DNA of 59,255 nt, counting the filler, from Sphacelaria rigidula (Eukaryota), in assembly GCA_964200075.2 (NCBI GenBank). It is 7 parts of 7 records of this genome, joined end to end, with 100 filler letters (N's around TTAATTAATTAA, not from the genome) between each part and the next. Parts side by side here need not be neighbours in the genome. Positions count along the whole stretch, not along the records: positions 42,400 to 50,777 come from CAXNAA020011328.1; positions 50,878 to 59,255 come from CAXNAA020011329.1; 5 more parts are not named here. One strand, written 5' to 3'. The notes below the pieces were generated by a model. The model was not told where the DNA came from. It saw only the letters and a program-made list of their open reading frames with translations, and did no database searches. The position numbers and the translations under genes were made by a program. This document shows, one piece after another, positions 47,701 through 59,255 of this stretch (position 1 is its first letter; the number at the start of each line of letters is the position of its first letter).

Positions 47701-50557
47701 CAAGCGGGAGCGGAGAATGGAATGAGGGCAACATGAGGTGGTGTTTTGTGCTGTTAAGACGCATGCCATACAACACAAACGAAGTACCCGATACAAGCAT
47801 AGAACAAAAACGACGTCCTCGCCTGCAAGTACGGGAGGCAGTGCTCTGGTCGCTGTATCACGCTGCGGATCTCCTCACGAGTTCGCTCCAGGTGCTTCAT
47901 GACGCCGAAGTACTCCGAGGCACGTTCCTCGTCCTTCATTTCAGATGCGAGCTCCACTTTCTTGGCGTCTAGCTCACGTGCTTCGTCCTTGAATGCAGCA
48001 GCAAACACGTCTTGTTAGCTCGGACCCATAAGTGGTTCCAGTCGCGTATAACATGGCCCCCGATGTGCATGTACAAGCAGTGACATGCAGACCTAATATG
48101 AACAGCTCGTAACGCTGCAAGTTCGGCGGCATATATAGCAGAAAAATTGCCTGACACACTTCCAATTGGAGTGACTAGCCGTTTATGCTCTGGCACCACC
48201 ATCAGTCACGTCCGTTGGCGAGTGTTATCTTTGTTGAAATGATCGGCGCAGGCATACAAATGAACGCAACGATCATCGTGCGATCAAGCGCGGATACGCA
48301 TTTCCCATGCGTCGGGTCTGGAGCCGGCAACTTGCTTCATCCCGCGACAACGAAATATACTTGGTGGAAAAGTGGCCACCACCATGCGACAGACAACTCC
48401 TCTTTCTACAACCGCCGTCAGCGGGCACACTGAAGCCAACAGTGCGTTGGCATAACTGATGCCGATGCTAGCACAGGATAACATCACCTCCAGGGCAGGT
48501 GCCGCTGCCTCCTGCTGAAACTGGTGAAATGAACTCTTCACCAAGAAATCAGGGTCGGCGTCCTCCACTCGCAACATATTCAACAGCATGTTGTAACTGA
48601 TGTGATAGGCACTATTTAGCGCGTCCGCGTCTCCGTACAGCATCCCTGTCACGCGGACGGTATTTTCAGATAGGTCAGCTCTGCAGCGACAACTTGCCCT
48701 TGTACACAAAATAACCAGTATCATTCGGGAATTCTAAATCGAAGACGGAGCGATTCAAGCGAGGAAGGCAGGCTTCGATATTCACAACCGTGTTCGAGCG
48801 AAAGTGATCGATCGTGTTTCGTTCCAACTTAGGGCGGACAATAGCAATTCCAGCACGAGCTCTCACCTTTGGCAACCTGTGGATCCATTTTTTCGTCAAG
48901 CATCTGGATCACGATTCCTCTGTCATCCTTCCCTCGTCTTCCGGCTCGCCCACTCATCTGAATGTATTCCCCCGAGGATATCCATCTAATTTCAGCGATG
49001 GGACGCCGATAGCATTAGCGGGAAATATCGGGACAGCGCGAGTGGTCATGAAATTGATGGCGTGCTTGGAATTTGATACCTCCAACTTAAATATCCCCGA
49101 CTTGACATCACAATGGCAACAGAGGAGGGGAACGTGAGGTCGGAACTTGTGAGCGTGAATGTGTTTTTTTTTTTAATCACACACGGCTATCGCGGGAACC
49201 CTTCAGTGAACTGAGCGATGTTGTAGTGTATAATGTATCACGAAATGCTCGAATTCGGAGGCGCAATTTGACACGACTGGGGTAAAAATGGTGGCGGACG
49301 TGGCACCTCTGTGCCCGTTCAATCGATAGCCAGTGCCACTCACTCAGATAAAAAAAAATGAGCTACTCAACATATGACCGGGAGCGAGGGCAGCAGGGGC
49401 GCGCTGTGCTATGCTGGATTTGTGTCGTTGTCATGTCCTCTTCGTCCGAAGGGTCAACTATCATACGCGTTGGGCTGTCTAGCAACACCACTGCAATCGA
49501 TTACAGGCTCGATATCTAAGATAACACTTCCGAGCGAGAGAAAACAACTTTAGCCGTATAAAAAAAAATCGAACATTTGGGGACCCAAGCCACACACCTA
49601 ATTATAGCATTCTGGCGCTGAAGACGCCCAGAAAGTGCCTGATCCTGAAACACGAGAATTGAAAGTCGACTTTACCTGAAATCTTGCCCATCGAACTTTC
49701 GCGTATGTGTGAAGACCACTGTCCTCGCAGGCATATTGAGCCCGATTGAGAAAGTTTCCGTTGCGAACAAAATCTTGATCAGGCCCTCCTGGAAAATTTC
49801 ACCAAAAATCCCATCCGTCAAGCGATCGACGACACAATGAGTATATCTACAACGGACACAACAGTGCTAAACTTGCACATAGGGTATTCGCGAGTGCCTC
49901 ACGATATGCACGCGACAAAGTTCTGCTCGAAAGCAGGGCGGACATGCAGTGCTTCAGCACGAAATAAGAGCAAGCGCAACAGTGCCAAAAGCACCGTGAG
50001 ATGAACAGAACAAACGAGGTCTCTAACCTGGAAAAGAATCTCGATGACCTCCTTCAAGATCGGCAGAAGACCACCGTGATGGATGCCCACTCCACGCTTC
50101 AGCAAGGGCAAGATGGCCTCAACCTGGATAACCGGTGAGGCAAACAATCTTGTCAGACCTTTAACCGCCAGTGGGTGCGTGGCAACAAAGCAAAATTCAG
50201 GAGGGAGTTGAAAGAGTGAGTGACTACTGCTGCCGCTTCGGTACAACAATCAACGAGTACTTTGAATCACAACTCACCGTTCATCCCCGAAGTTATGTGC
50301 ATGTGCGAAGAAGCATGCTTGTTTACCGAAGGCATACACGTTACTCGTCACCTATGCTACATGTAAGCGTCAACATCAACCACACAGTTGTGTACCATGC
50401 ATGTATCATGTATCATACGTATTCCACCTGCGGCAACAGACGATCCTCGTCCGCCAATGATTCCATTGCGTTTCCGAACACCTGCCCGACAAGATCCTTT
50501 TCGCTGTCATCATTGAAATCCAACTTGGACATCTGTAGCGCATTCGCCTCACATTCC
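44736..50557 (-). CDS. MTR4: Exosome-associated DExH-box RNA helicase MTR4/SKIV2L2 (partial, 13 exons, about 613 aa)
   Basis: Exons: 50428-50557, 50028-50123, 49676-49788, 48867-48985, 48488-48645, 47823-47987, 47295-47564, 47024-47166, 46646-46807, 46448-46535, 45567-45761, 45129-45205, 44736-44859. All splice phases are consistent. Motifs: [54 protein letters not shown], arch/[17 protein letters not shown], and [16 protein letters not shown]. The 5' exons and the last exon(s) were not found in this contig. Confidence 0.95.
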
Positions 50558-50777
50558 CTGCCAAGCCAGCGAAGGGTTTTGAAGCAACGGGGGAAGACAG
50601 TCAACTTTTGCACACGTCGGACAGCTCATGAGCTACCTGGATATTACTTCTTATTAGAATACTGATCCGGATCAGGAGCTAGCTCATTTGGCCACTATTC
50701 CCGTGTTAGCTCCCGATAGCAATATACGCCGAGCACGCAGCGTAGCGAGAAGGTAACGCTTTAGCTTCTCGGAGGCT

Positions 50778-50877
50778 NNNNNNNNNNNNNNNNNNNNNNN
50801 NNNNNNNNNNNNNNNNNNNNNTTAATTAATTAANNNNNNNNNNNNNNNNNNNNNNNNNNNNNNNNNNNNNNNNNNNN
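50778..50877. other. Artificial contig spacer
   Basis: N44-TTAATTAATTAA-N44. Confidence 0.99.
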
Positions 50878-51299
50878 CCCCCCGAGGAACAATCCCTGAG
50901 TTCAGCGGCTGCTGAGTGTCAGACTGCTGAGTGTCAGAGACTGGAGGGCAGTGGGTCTAAATCCCCGACTGATACAGTATAGAGGAGGGAGGGCAAGGAA
51001 CAGCCCGCAAATTTGAAACTGCTGCCTGTACTGGTGAATTTACGCCGGCTGTGTGAAACTAGTTGTGCAGCGCATCACTTGCAAACCGGACAGCGAGTAC
51101 AAGGTAGTGTGTGTGCTGCTTAAGTGACAGCACTGGCCTAATTTTTTGTCTTCCACTCTTACTGTAAACTCCTTTCGAAAGTGCAGCAGCAGCAGTAGTA
51201 GTAGCCAGACGATACCGAAGTTGATGGTGTGATGGACATGAAATTCAGCGATGCGGGTGGTGAGTAAGCCGTGGGCGAGCCGCGCGTGCTTGGGCGTAC

Positions 51300-53360
51300 G
51301 CGGCAGCAAACTCGTACTTGGAAGTATTCAAAAGCAGCAGCTGCAGGAGTACTGCACACCGGTTCGAGACGGTGAGCTGAACAGCAACAGCAGCGAGGTG
51401 GCAGCTAGTCCCCCTGTACTCGAGCCGCGCGCGCTAGGTCGCACGCGAGAAAAAACTTGTGCACAATAGCAGAACGCACTGGCAAAGCTGACGGACCTGA
51501 CCGGGGACATTAACCTGGCGAGCTCATCAACGGCTTTCATGTTGCCGTTCTGGGGGAGAGGGCGGAGGTGGTACATCCCAAAACGGTGACATCAGCCGAC
51601 CTCGATCATACATCACCATACTGGGCTTAGAACATCGCCACTTGACCTTGTATCTACAGATATCTTCGGTTCGCTGCACAGTAGTCTATGGCTGTTTGGT
51701 GGTGTCATTTGGTCCGAAGATGCACTCGTCCTTGTTCACCGTGCTGCAACAAAGAAGACTGCCCAGGTGCAGCACTGCCATGTAGACGCGTTGCATGCAT
51801 CCGCTGCAAACCATCGATTAGCGCCGACACTACGATGAGTTGAGGAAAAATGGTAGCAGTTGGGTCTCGAATCGAGTCAAAAGAACGCTGCACCCAACCA
51901 GATACGGGCAGCTTATAGTGTGCTATCAGGGCAACTCTTCTGATGGGGTGACCTGGTAAAAAAACGCCATCTGACGACCCAATCGCGGAAATTCCCATGC
52001 TCTGAGACAATCTTGTGGAATGTTCATCTGTCCAGATCATCCAGATTGAGATTATATGAGTTCACTGTTGCGAGATTTTCCGGGTAATCTGGGTCACCCG
52101 TGATGCAAAGTGGGAATGACGATACAAACGAGAACTACACGGAGTAGACAAGTTTGGAATCACCACCTCATGTTTGTTTGTTTTTCGCGAAGTTCGGGGT
52201 GAAGGAGCTGTCCCGAGGTGTTAAATCTCTGAACGAGAAATGGCAGCCAGGTGCAATGTGTTGCTGGGATTGCTGCGCAGCGCACTGTTAAATTCGAGGC
52301 AGACCGCTGGTGCGCACGCCTTTTGGGGTTTGATGGTTTCGCCCAGGATCTTGAAATATCATATCCACCTGCTGACGTTTGGACGTTACGGACTCACATA
52401 CCGCCACCAAAACAGTACAGTTCCCGAGCATCGTCAGTGAGCAAATCTAGCCCACTACAGTGCGGTTGTCCACGACACTGATGCGCGAGACCCTCCGTTG
52501 TTGATGCCTGCGGCTGATATCCGAACTACCGAACAGCCTCTTGTGGAGTACTGCGGTTAATAACGGATTTCCCGGTATCTAAACGTGTGCCACCATAGTA
52601 TGGATTTGAAAAATACCGGTAGAAATATAGCCTCAGCTCATTTACGCAACCCAAATTCGCTTGAGTTGCCTAGTCTTAGATTTTACCTCAAAGTTTCAGA
52701 TCTAGATTATCTCCCATGAATATAATGTCTTAGATTACACCTGGAATCTCAACCCTTCGAGTGCCGGGCCTCGTTTCGGTACGATATTTCGGGCGACAGC
52801 CTTGCGGGATATGCGCAACCACGTACTGCACTAGAAATTTTTTGCAACGTGCAATACCGACAGAGTACACTGCTGTCCTGTCAACATACAGTAGGGCATA
52901 AATGAGTGGCAGTTTGTAATACAGCGGTGTAGAAGGAGATGATGAGTCTTGGTGACCCCATAACCGCTGACCGGAAGCCATTGGTTGCCTTTGTTTGGCT
53001 CAGGCGATGTGTTGTGCGACGGAGTGTCGACGGTGAACCACTGAGGGTCGCCATTGGAGAATACGCCACAAGACACCGCGCAGTTCTCGCCGTCATCATT
53101 CTCACCCAGTGGAAGTTGCACTGAGGACTGTCAAGCACTCGCACACAAGCCCGTTGCCGCAAAGATTGGCAAATGCGGTGTTGGACACACCTTACATCTT
53201 GTGCTCGATTCGTACTTTGCCGCAGGAGTTGTCAAGTTCACATAGTCAAATAGCAGGTGAAGTGCCCATTTGTGCATATCTTGGTTCTAGTCTACTTCCA
53301 TGTTACCCCCTCATCCCCGATAACGGGTATGATCAACTGTTGTGGACAATTTGTTAAGAT
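51300..53360 (+). mobile_element. Possible decayed hAT transposase relic
   Basis: ADVWT (about 52370, like the first catalytic D-x-W-T), LGDPITADR (about 52950, like H-T-A/G) and CGVGHTLHLV (about 53180, like CxxH-x-L-x-L) occur in the right order. The region is heavily disrupted and boundaries are approximate. Confidence 0.45.
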
Positions 53361-53511
53361 ATTTTTCTACTTTCCCCCCGAAGGGATGTAATGTTCCCTT
53401 GACTTTTCCGAACGATCGCTGAAGAAAAACTCCGGCGCTAGATTTCTCGATGAATCTATCGTCAGTCTTGACTTGATCTATTGACCAAACTGGTTGAGAA
53501 ACCTGGAAAGG

Positions 53512-54964
53512 CAGGTCGGGTAGGGTATAACCCTAACCCATACTCATTATGTTCGAAAAGTCATAGTCATAGTACCCAAACATTTGGGTAGAGTACTTGA
53601 GGTCGTACCCAACATACCCAAATTTTGGGTAGAGTATTGAGGTTATACCCAAGTGATACTCTATACCCAGGTATTGATGAGAGTGCTCACTGAATACTTG
53701 GGTAGAATACTTGAGGTCGTATCCAATTTACCTAAAATTTGGGTGAAGTATTTGAGGTCGCACTCAATCTACCCAAAAATTGGGTAGAGTATTGAGGTCA
53801 TAACCAAGTGATACTCTAGTAAAAAGCTGGGTATTTTACCCGAGTTTTTAAAAGTACATACCCTACTAAAACTGTATTTGGCCCTTTCAATCGAAAACAT
53901 GCGGAGGACAGGTACAAAGGGGCATTTGACTATTATCTTGCAGATCACCACGTCAAATACCGCCCGTTCACAGAACCACGCAAACCCCACATGACTCATT
54001 CTCAGATACCACCGCAACCCTGCAGCATAGAGCACGAGTTGGGCACAGGGATGAATTCATCGCAGTAGTTGGGTATGATGTGTTTATTTTTTCTTGGCGA
54101 AAACTTGAGCTTCTTTTTCATGGTAGGGATCGACGATGGAACTGCGTGGTAGGGTGGACGACCGACTTGCGTACACTCATGGACAGTGCAGGCATTACAA
54201 AGCTGCACGTCTCTCAAGTCCTTTTCGCGTCACACTATAACCAGAGGGTACAGCTAGTCCTGCGCTGTCTGCACCGCACGAAGCCCGCTTCTCTTTCACA
54301 ATCTACTGTACGAAACACGCGAACACACAAACAGGCACACTGTATGCATACAGCGCAGACAGCACAGTAGTGTACTGTAGACAAGCAAACAAGTGCCGCT
54401 TCACGAATTTCACAATCTTCTTCGATAGAAAGCTTGCAAATTCGCTTGGACCCAACTCGCGAGAAACGAGCGAATTCGCTCTAATCACCTTCACCAAACT
54501 ATTTTAACAATCGGAAAATGATCTGCGAAGACATAGCCTTACCCAAAATTTGGGTAAAGTATTGAAATCGTACCCAAACTACCCAAAATTGGGGTAGAGT
54601 ATGTTAGATCGTACCCAACAAACCCAAATTTTGGTTAGAGTATTGAGGTCATACCCAAGTGATACTCTATACCCAGGTATTGATGAGAATGCTCACCCAA
54701 TATTTGAGTAGAGTATTTGAGGTCGTACTCAATCTATCCATAATTTGGGTAGAGTATTTGAGGTCGTACTCGGTCTACCCAAAATTTGGGTAGAGTATCT
54801 AGGTCATAGCCAAGTGATACTCTATACTGCGGTATTGCTGAGAGTGCTCATCCAATATTTGGATGGAGCATTCAAGGTTGTACTCAATCTACTCAAACCT
54901 TGTGTGGGGTAAATACCCGGGTATTTTACCCGAGTATTCAAAAGTGCATACCCTACCAGACCTG
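53512..54964. mobile_element. Non-autonomous hAT-like element with TACCC subterminal repeats, copy B
   Basis: TIRs CAGGTCGGGTAGGGTAT / ATACCCTACCAGACCTG, with many TACCCAA..TTGGGTAGAGTA units. The internal region is homologous to 12130-12790. No 8-bp TSD is visible. Confidence 0.75.
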
Positions 54965-56360
54965 CCGCGGGAAACCTGCTCTTATATTTTGCGGAGAAAG
55001 TACAAAATGGCCGAAAAATTCGAAGATTTCGGCAACAATACACAAGGTAATAATGTACCTCTAAGGCCCATGGTCTCCGTACCCCGTCCTCCAACAAAGG
55101 ACATGACCGGTCTTATCGATACGGCGTGGGTAGGGTATTTTCGGCGGGTGTAGGGCCGGAATCACCTCCGAGGAGTGATTCCTTCTCACTACTACCCTTG
55201 GCCAAGATTGTGGTGTGGTAGTAGAGTTGGGTCAGCGCGGTGCTCATCAGGCACACCCACCCCTGTTGTAGTGCAGCGGTATAGTATGTCACACCCTAAG
55301 TGCGAGCATGTTGGGATACGGTGTGTGCGCGGAGGCAGATGACACCGCTGTCGAAAGCTGGCACGCACACCCTTGATACAAAGGAGTGTGTGCCGGTTTG
55401 CAGACTGATTTCGGCAGCAAGGATGGAGAAGGAGCGGTCGTCGACGGACGGGTGAGGTTTGGTTGAGCCTCCTGGACGAGACACTTACTACAGATCAGCA
55501 CCAGAGTGCATACCGAAGGAGAAAGTGTTTCATCACGAAAGGAAGCAGAGGGGACACATTTCGGGATCATGGACACCGGCGAGGATGAGCGGTTGGGTTG
55601 GCCATGGACGCTGGTGAGGACAGATGGGTGCGTCAGGAGGTCAACTTCGGAGAGGACCTTGCAGCGGAGAAGAGCAGAGCTGGCGGCTAATTTTCGTTGA
55701 GGGCGGAATATTATTTATCTGTTGGGTTTTTGATAGTTGTCGTGTTTACTACATACAGATGGTATCCCCTGTTTTCATGGTCGAATGTAGGACACTCTGA
55801 ACAGATTCCACTTTTTGCCCATAGCGTTATGATGTGTGTAGGCTAGACACGCCCTGTCTGTTGTGTTTCCATAACGATGCTACTTGACCAGACCCCGAGA
55901 GAGATCGTAGTTCCTGACCTTCCCTCCTCGTTGCCATCAGCTCTTCCTTCTTTTGTTCTTCTTGTCTTTTTTGGATCTTTCTATCTGACATTGTTCAGTC
56001 CCCGGTGCGCAGGCTCTGTCGAGGGTCTCTTTGGACATCACTCTACTGTCTAGTTTGGGATTGGTCTCTGTACTACGCGACTATTTCGGTTGTCGGCTTA
56101 CTCGCTGTTACTAGTCTGTGTATACACCCGTACGTGGCAAGGTAGTCGGAGAGATCGCACGCGGGGATTTTTTAGATTCCAGTAGGTCGGCTGTAGCTCA
56201 ATCGGTCTCATACGGATCTTTCATAGTGTAGGTGCCCTTTTCCGTGTAGATGTTTAGATCCTTGCCTTCCTCCGCGGGCTGTTTGATATATGGGTATGGG
56301 TGGTATGCTCCCTGCACCCCGTGACAAGGGGTTCGAGAGATCGAGCTAATGTGACTAACA

Positions 56361-56368
56361 TGATGATG

Positions 56369-56403
<35 letters not shown>

Positions 56404-56758
56404 CATAATCATAATCATAATCATAATAATCATAATAATCATAATGATAATCATAATAATAATCATTATAATCATAATCATAATCATAATCATGATAATA
56501 ATCATAATCATAATCATAATCATAATCATGATCATAATCATAACAAAAACAATCATAACCATAATCATAATCATAATCATAATCACAATCATGATCATAA
56601 TCATGATCATAATAAGAATAATAATAATAATCATAATAATCATAATGATCATAATAATCATAATAATCATAATAATCATAATAATCATAATAATCATAAT
56701 AATCATAATAATCATAATAATAATAATAATCATAATGATAATAATGATAATAATAATG
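56361..56758. repeat. Compound (ATA)/(ATC)/(ATAATC)n microsatellite, about 400 bp
   Basis: Direct reading. Confidence 0.97.
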
Positions 56759-56760
56759 TA

Positions 56761-58328
56761 CACTGTACCCTCAAAATCTATCGGATTGATCCAATGGTTT
56801 GATAATCATTTGCCCGAATCTTGATCGACCGACCATGATTGATAAATTATTCGACTATATAGCCACCAATAATATTGATAGTAGTGTTGATCACTTTGCA
56901 GGCGTCAGAGTAGCAAATAAGCCTCACCGAGTTGATATTTCACGCAAAAAGTATATCCACACCGGCGGCATCGGGGGAAATAAAAATCCACCCGCACTTT
57001 TATGATGACCGAAGCCGCGTCATTCTTTTTTAATTCGAAAGCCAGCGTGTTTTGAATCCACGGCCCGTTACGGATCTTCGCAACCAGAGTGAGGCAGGCC
57101 TTACACGTGTACCGTAGTGCAGGCGGTGGTCAGTAATAGCCATATTCTCATCATCTGCATCCACTGCCATGTACGTGTATCTGAATGTAGCGTTGAACCC
57201 TGCCGTGAAGACAGTATGCAGTAGTTCTGTACTGTTTTGGCCAAGCGCAGCTACCTACGGTGCTCGCGAGTACAGCTCGTACTTGCAACCTTGCACTGCT
57301 GTACTGACTGTCTGTGCTTGTAGAAGAGTGCTTCCTGTACTCGGACATGCAGGAGTACAAGGTTGCAAGTACAGGCTACAGTTGTGCTGTGTTTGCGAAG
57401 CACACCCTGTACTTGTGATGTCGCACTGTTCGCAAAATCCACGGTCTGTACTTGTGAATACTCGTGTGCCCTGCCGGGACACCCTGGCGCTGCATTGTAC
57501 TATTATTGCTGTACCGTGAAGTCTACACACATACATCGTACTGTATGTAGAGTAGTACATGTATTGTGCCCATCATCTCGAGAAAAATGAAAATCTCACC
57601 GACGGTACCACCGAATGAAAGATCGAAGTGGGCGTTTTTCGTCGTGCTTCACAGTGACTCGCGCTGGCTGGATTTCGATACTCTCCGTCGGTCCTCTTTG
57701 TGTTTGTCGCTGCTGTATACACCCATTTCTTTCGTTTCGTCTACTACGTGCTTCCCGTTTCCCTTTAATTGTGCGATCACGTTTCATAGACGACCAGAGT
57801 CATGCGAACGGGGGTTGCCCATTTTGGCCCAGATGTTCGTCAGCGAGAGACTCTCAAAGTTAGGGCCGATACAATGATAAAGGCAAGACATTCCAGGTGC
57901 ATGTTCTTGCCAACCGTAGCGTGCTCACACGTTTTTTTCGAGTTGGTTTTTTCATGGCTACATGCAGATACACGTACATGGCAGTGGATGCAGATGATGA
58001 GAATATGGCTATTACTGACCACCGCCTGCACTACGGTACACGTGAAAGGCCTGCCTCACTCTGGTTGCGAAGATCCGTAACGGGCCGTGGATTCAAAACA
58101 CGCCGGCTCCCGAATTAAAAAAGAATGACGCGGCTTCGGTCATCATAAAAGTGCGGGTGGATTTTAATTCCCCCGATGCCGCCGGTGTGGATATACTTTT
58201 TGCGTGAAATATCACCTCGGTGAGGCTTATTTGCTACTCTGACGCCTGCAAAGTGATCAACACTACTATCAATATTATTGGTGGCTATATAGTCGAATAA
58301 TTTATCAATCATGATCGGCTGTTCAGTG
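56761..58328. mobile_element. Non-autonomous long-TIR DNA transposon (Tc1/mariner-like ends), 1.57 kb
   Basis: TA|CACTG...CAGTG|TA termini. Near-identical inverted arms at 56830-57191 and 57957-58319. Confidence 0.85.
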
Positions 58329-58431
58329 TACAATCCTCCTATTCTTATTCATTAGGACCTGCAAAACACGCAATCAATCATGCTTATACGTTATACATGT
58401 GTCCAGTTGGTGGTGGCGCCACCATGAAGAG

Positions 58432-58512
58432 ATGACACGTTGGCTCAGTGGTCACGCTGACCGGAAGGTCAGGCTGTGTGATTGGCGGCGCTGGTTCGAA
58501 TCCGAGCGCACA
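58432..58512 (+). mobile_element. tRNA-derived SINE head (Pol III A/B boxes)
   Basis: TGGCTCAGTGG at 58441 and GGTTCGAATCC at 58493. No complete cloverleaf is evident. Confidence 0.55.
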
Positions 58513-58922
58513 ACTGACCTGGCGATCTAATCTCCTTTTTTGTTGCCTTTTTCTGCTGCTTCTGGTTGCCTGTTTTACCCACCCCCCGCCTCCTTCACGA
58601 GCTGGGCCAGGGTAAAAACGCGGTACTACAAGCCTTCACACTTACAGCCGTATCTCCCCGACACAGACGAATTGGGTCTTGATCCGCATATCTCCTCGAT
58701 CGTCTGACGAAGGGGAAGATGCCCATCTGCTCAAAAGCCTGTATTTTCCCAGCGCCACGTGTACGTATATATGTATACTTCCTCTGCCCCAAAAGTACAG
58801 TAGTTACCTGAATTTGTACGGGCCCTTGCCGATGTCCGATCGTTTCATTATTGTTCAAATAAACTCTACGGTGTTTTTTGGATTAAGAAAATGTGTTGAA
58901 AATTTGCAGTTCGTGTTTGAAC

Positions 58923-59184
58923 CATGCCGCCGAATGGCTGCAAAAGAAGTAGTCGGCCCCGAAAATGGCCGCTTTTTGCCCCTTTCCGAGGGGAAACAAA
59001 ATGCCGATTTGTTTCATGATTGTTTTTTTATCGTCCCCGCCTTCACTGGGACTTGCCGCGAGGAAGTTCCACGCGATAAAAAAAAGGAAGGGAAAACAAT
59101 TCGGCACTTTTTTCCCCCTCGGGAAGGGGCAAAAAACGGCCATTTTTGGGCCGACTACTTCTTTTGCAGCCGTTCGGCGGCATG
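58923..59184. mobile_element. MITE, 262 bp, with TIRs of about 90 bp and a possible 3-bp TSD AAC
   Basis: CATGCCGCCGAATGGCTGCAAAAGAAGTAGTCGGCCC... is mirrored at the right end. AAC is at 58920-58922 and 59185-59187. Confidence 0.88.
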
Positions 59185-59255
59185 AACAGGGTTGCCAGAA
59201 AAATGAGAACGTATTTTGAAATGAGAATCAACCGCTCCCCGGGATTGTGTCCATT

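Noticed and set aside
55290-55700. RTE-like LINE C-terminal fragment
   Set aside because: The resemblance is too faint to support without a profile search.
56254-56824. Poly-Ile/Met ORFs as membrane proteins
   Set aside because: They are translations of an ATA/ATC microsatellite.
58432-58512. Functional tRNA gene (likewise 43912-43985)
   Set aside because: A and B boxes are present, but no acceptor stem or cloverleaf is evident. Better explained as SINE heads.

Overview
This is eukaryotic, repeat-rich DNA, most likely from a brown alga (Phaeophyceae). That assignment is inferred from an EsV-1-7 repeat gene, an intron-rich gene model and TTAGGG repeats. The window is NOT one locus: it is seven length-sorted contigs (8381, 8381, 8379, 8379, 8379, 8378, 8378 bp) joined by artificial 100-bp N44-TTAATTAATTAA-N44 spacers. 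Host genes are a 5' fragment of an EsV-1-7 Cys/His-repeat protein (1-934, minus), 13 phase-consistent exons of the RNA helicase MTR4 (44736-50557, minus, one GC-AG intron), and a probable GPKOW/KIN17-type KOW exon. The rest is mostly transposable elements: two recognisable decayed Ty1/copia elements, older copia, gypsy, hAT and Penelope-like relics, LINE fragments, a tRNA-derived SINE and many MITEs. The most interesting signals are five. (1) Two copies of an LTR element carry a long extra ORF with 38-aa repeats and a hydrophobic segment before the 3' LTR. (2) A TGT...ACA MITE carries telomeric repeats. (3) A 1.27-kb direct-repeat-bounded element is inserted in a copia gag. (4) A LINE family's 3' ends abut oligo(C) tracts. 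(5) A 70-bp palindromic mini-element sits beside its own empty site. All calls were made by eye, without database searches.
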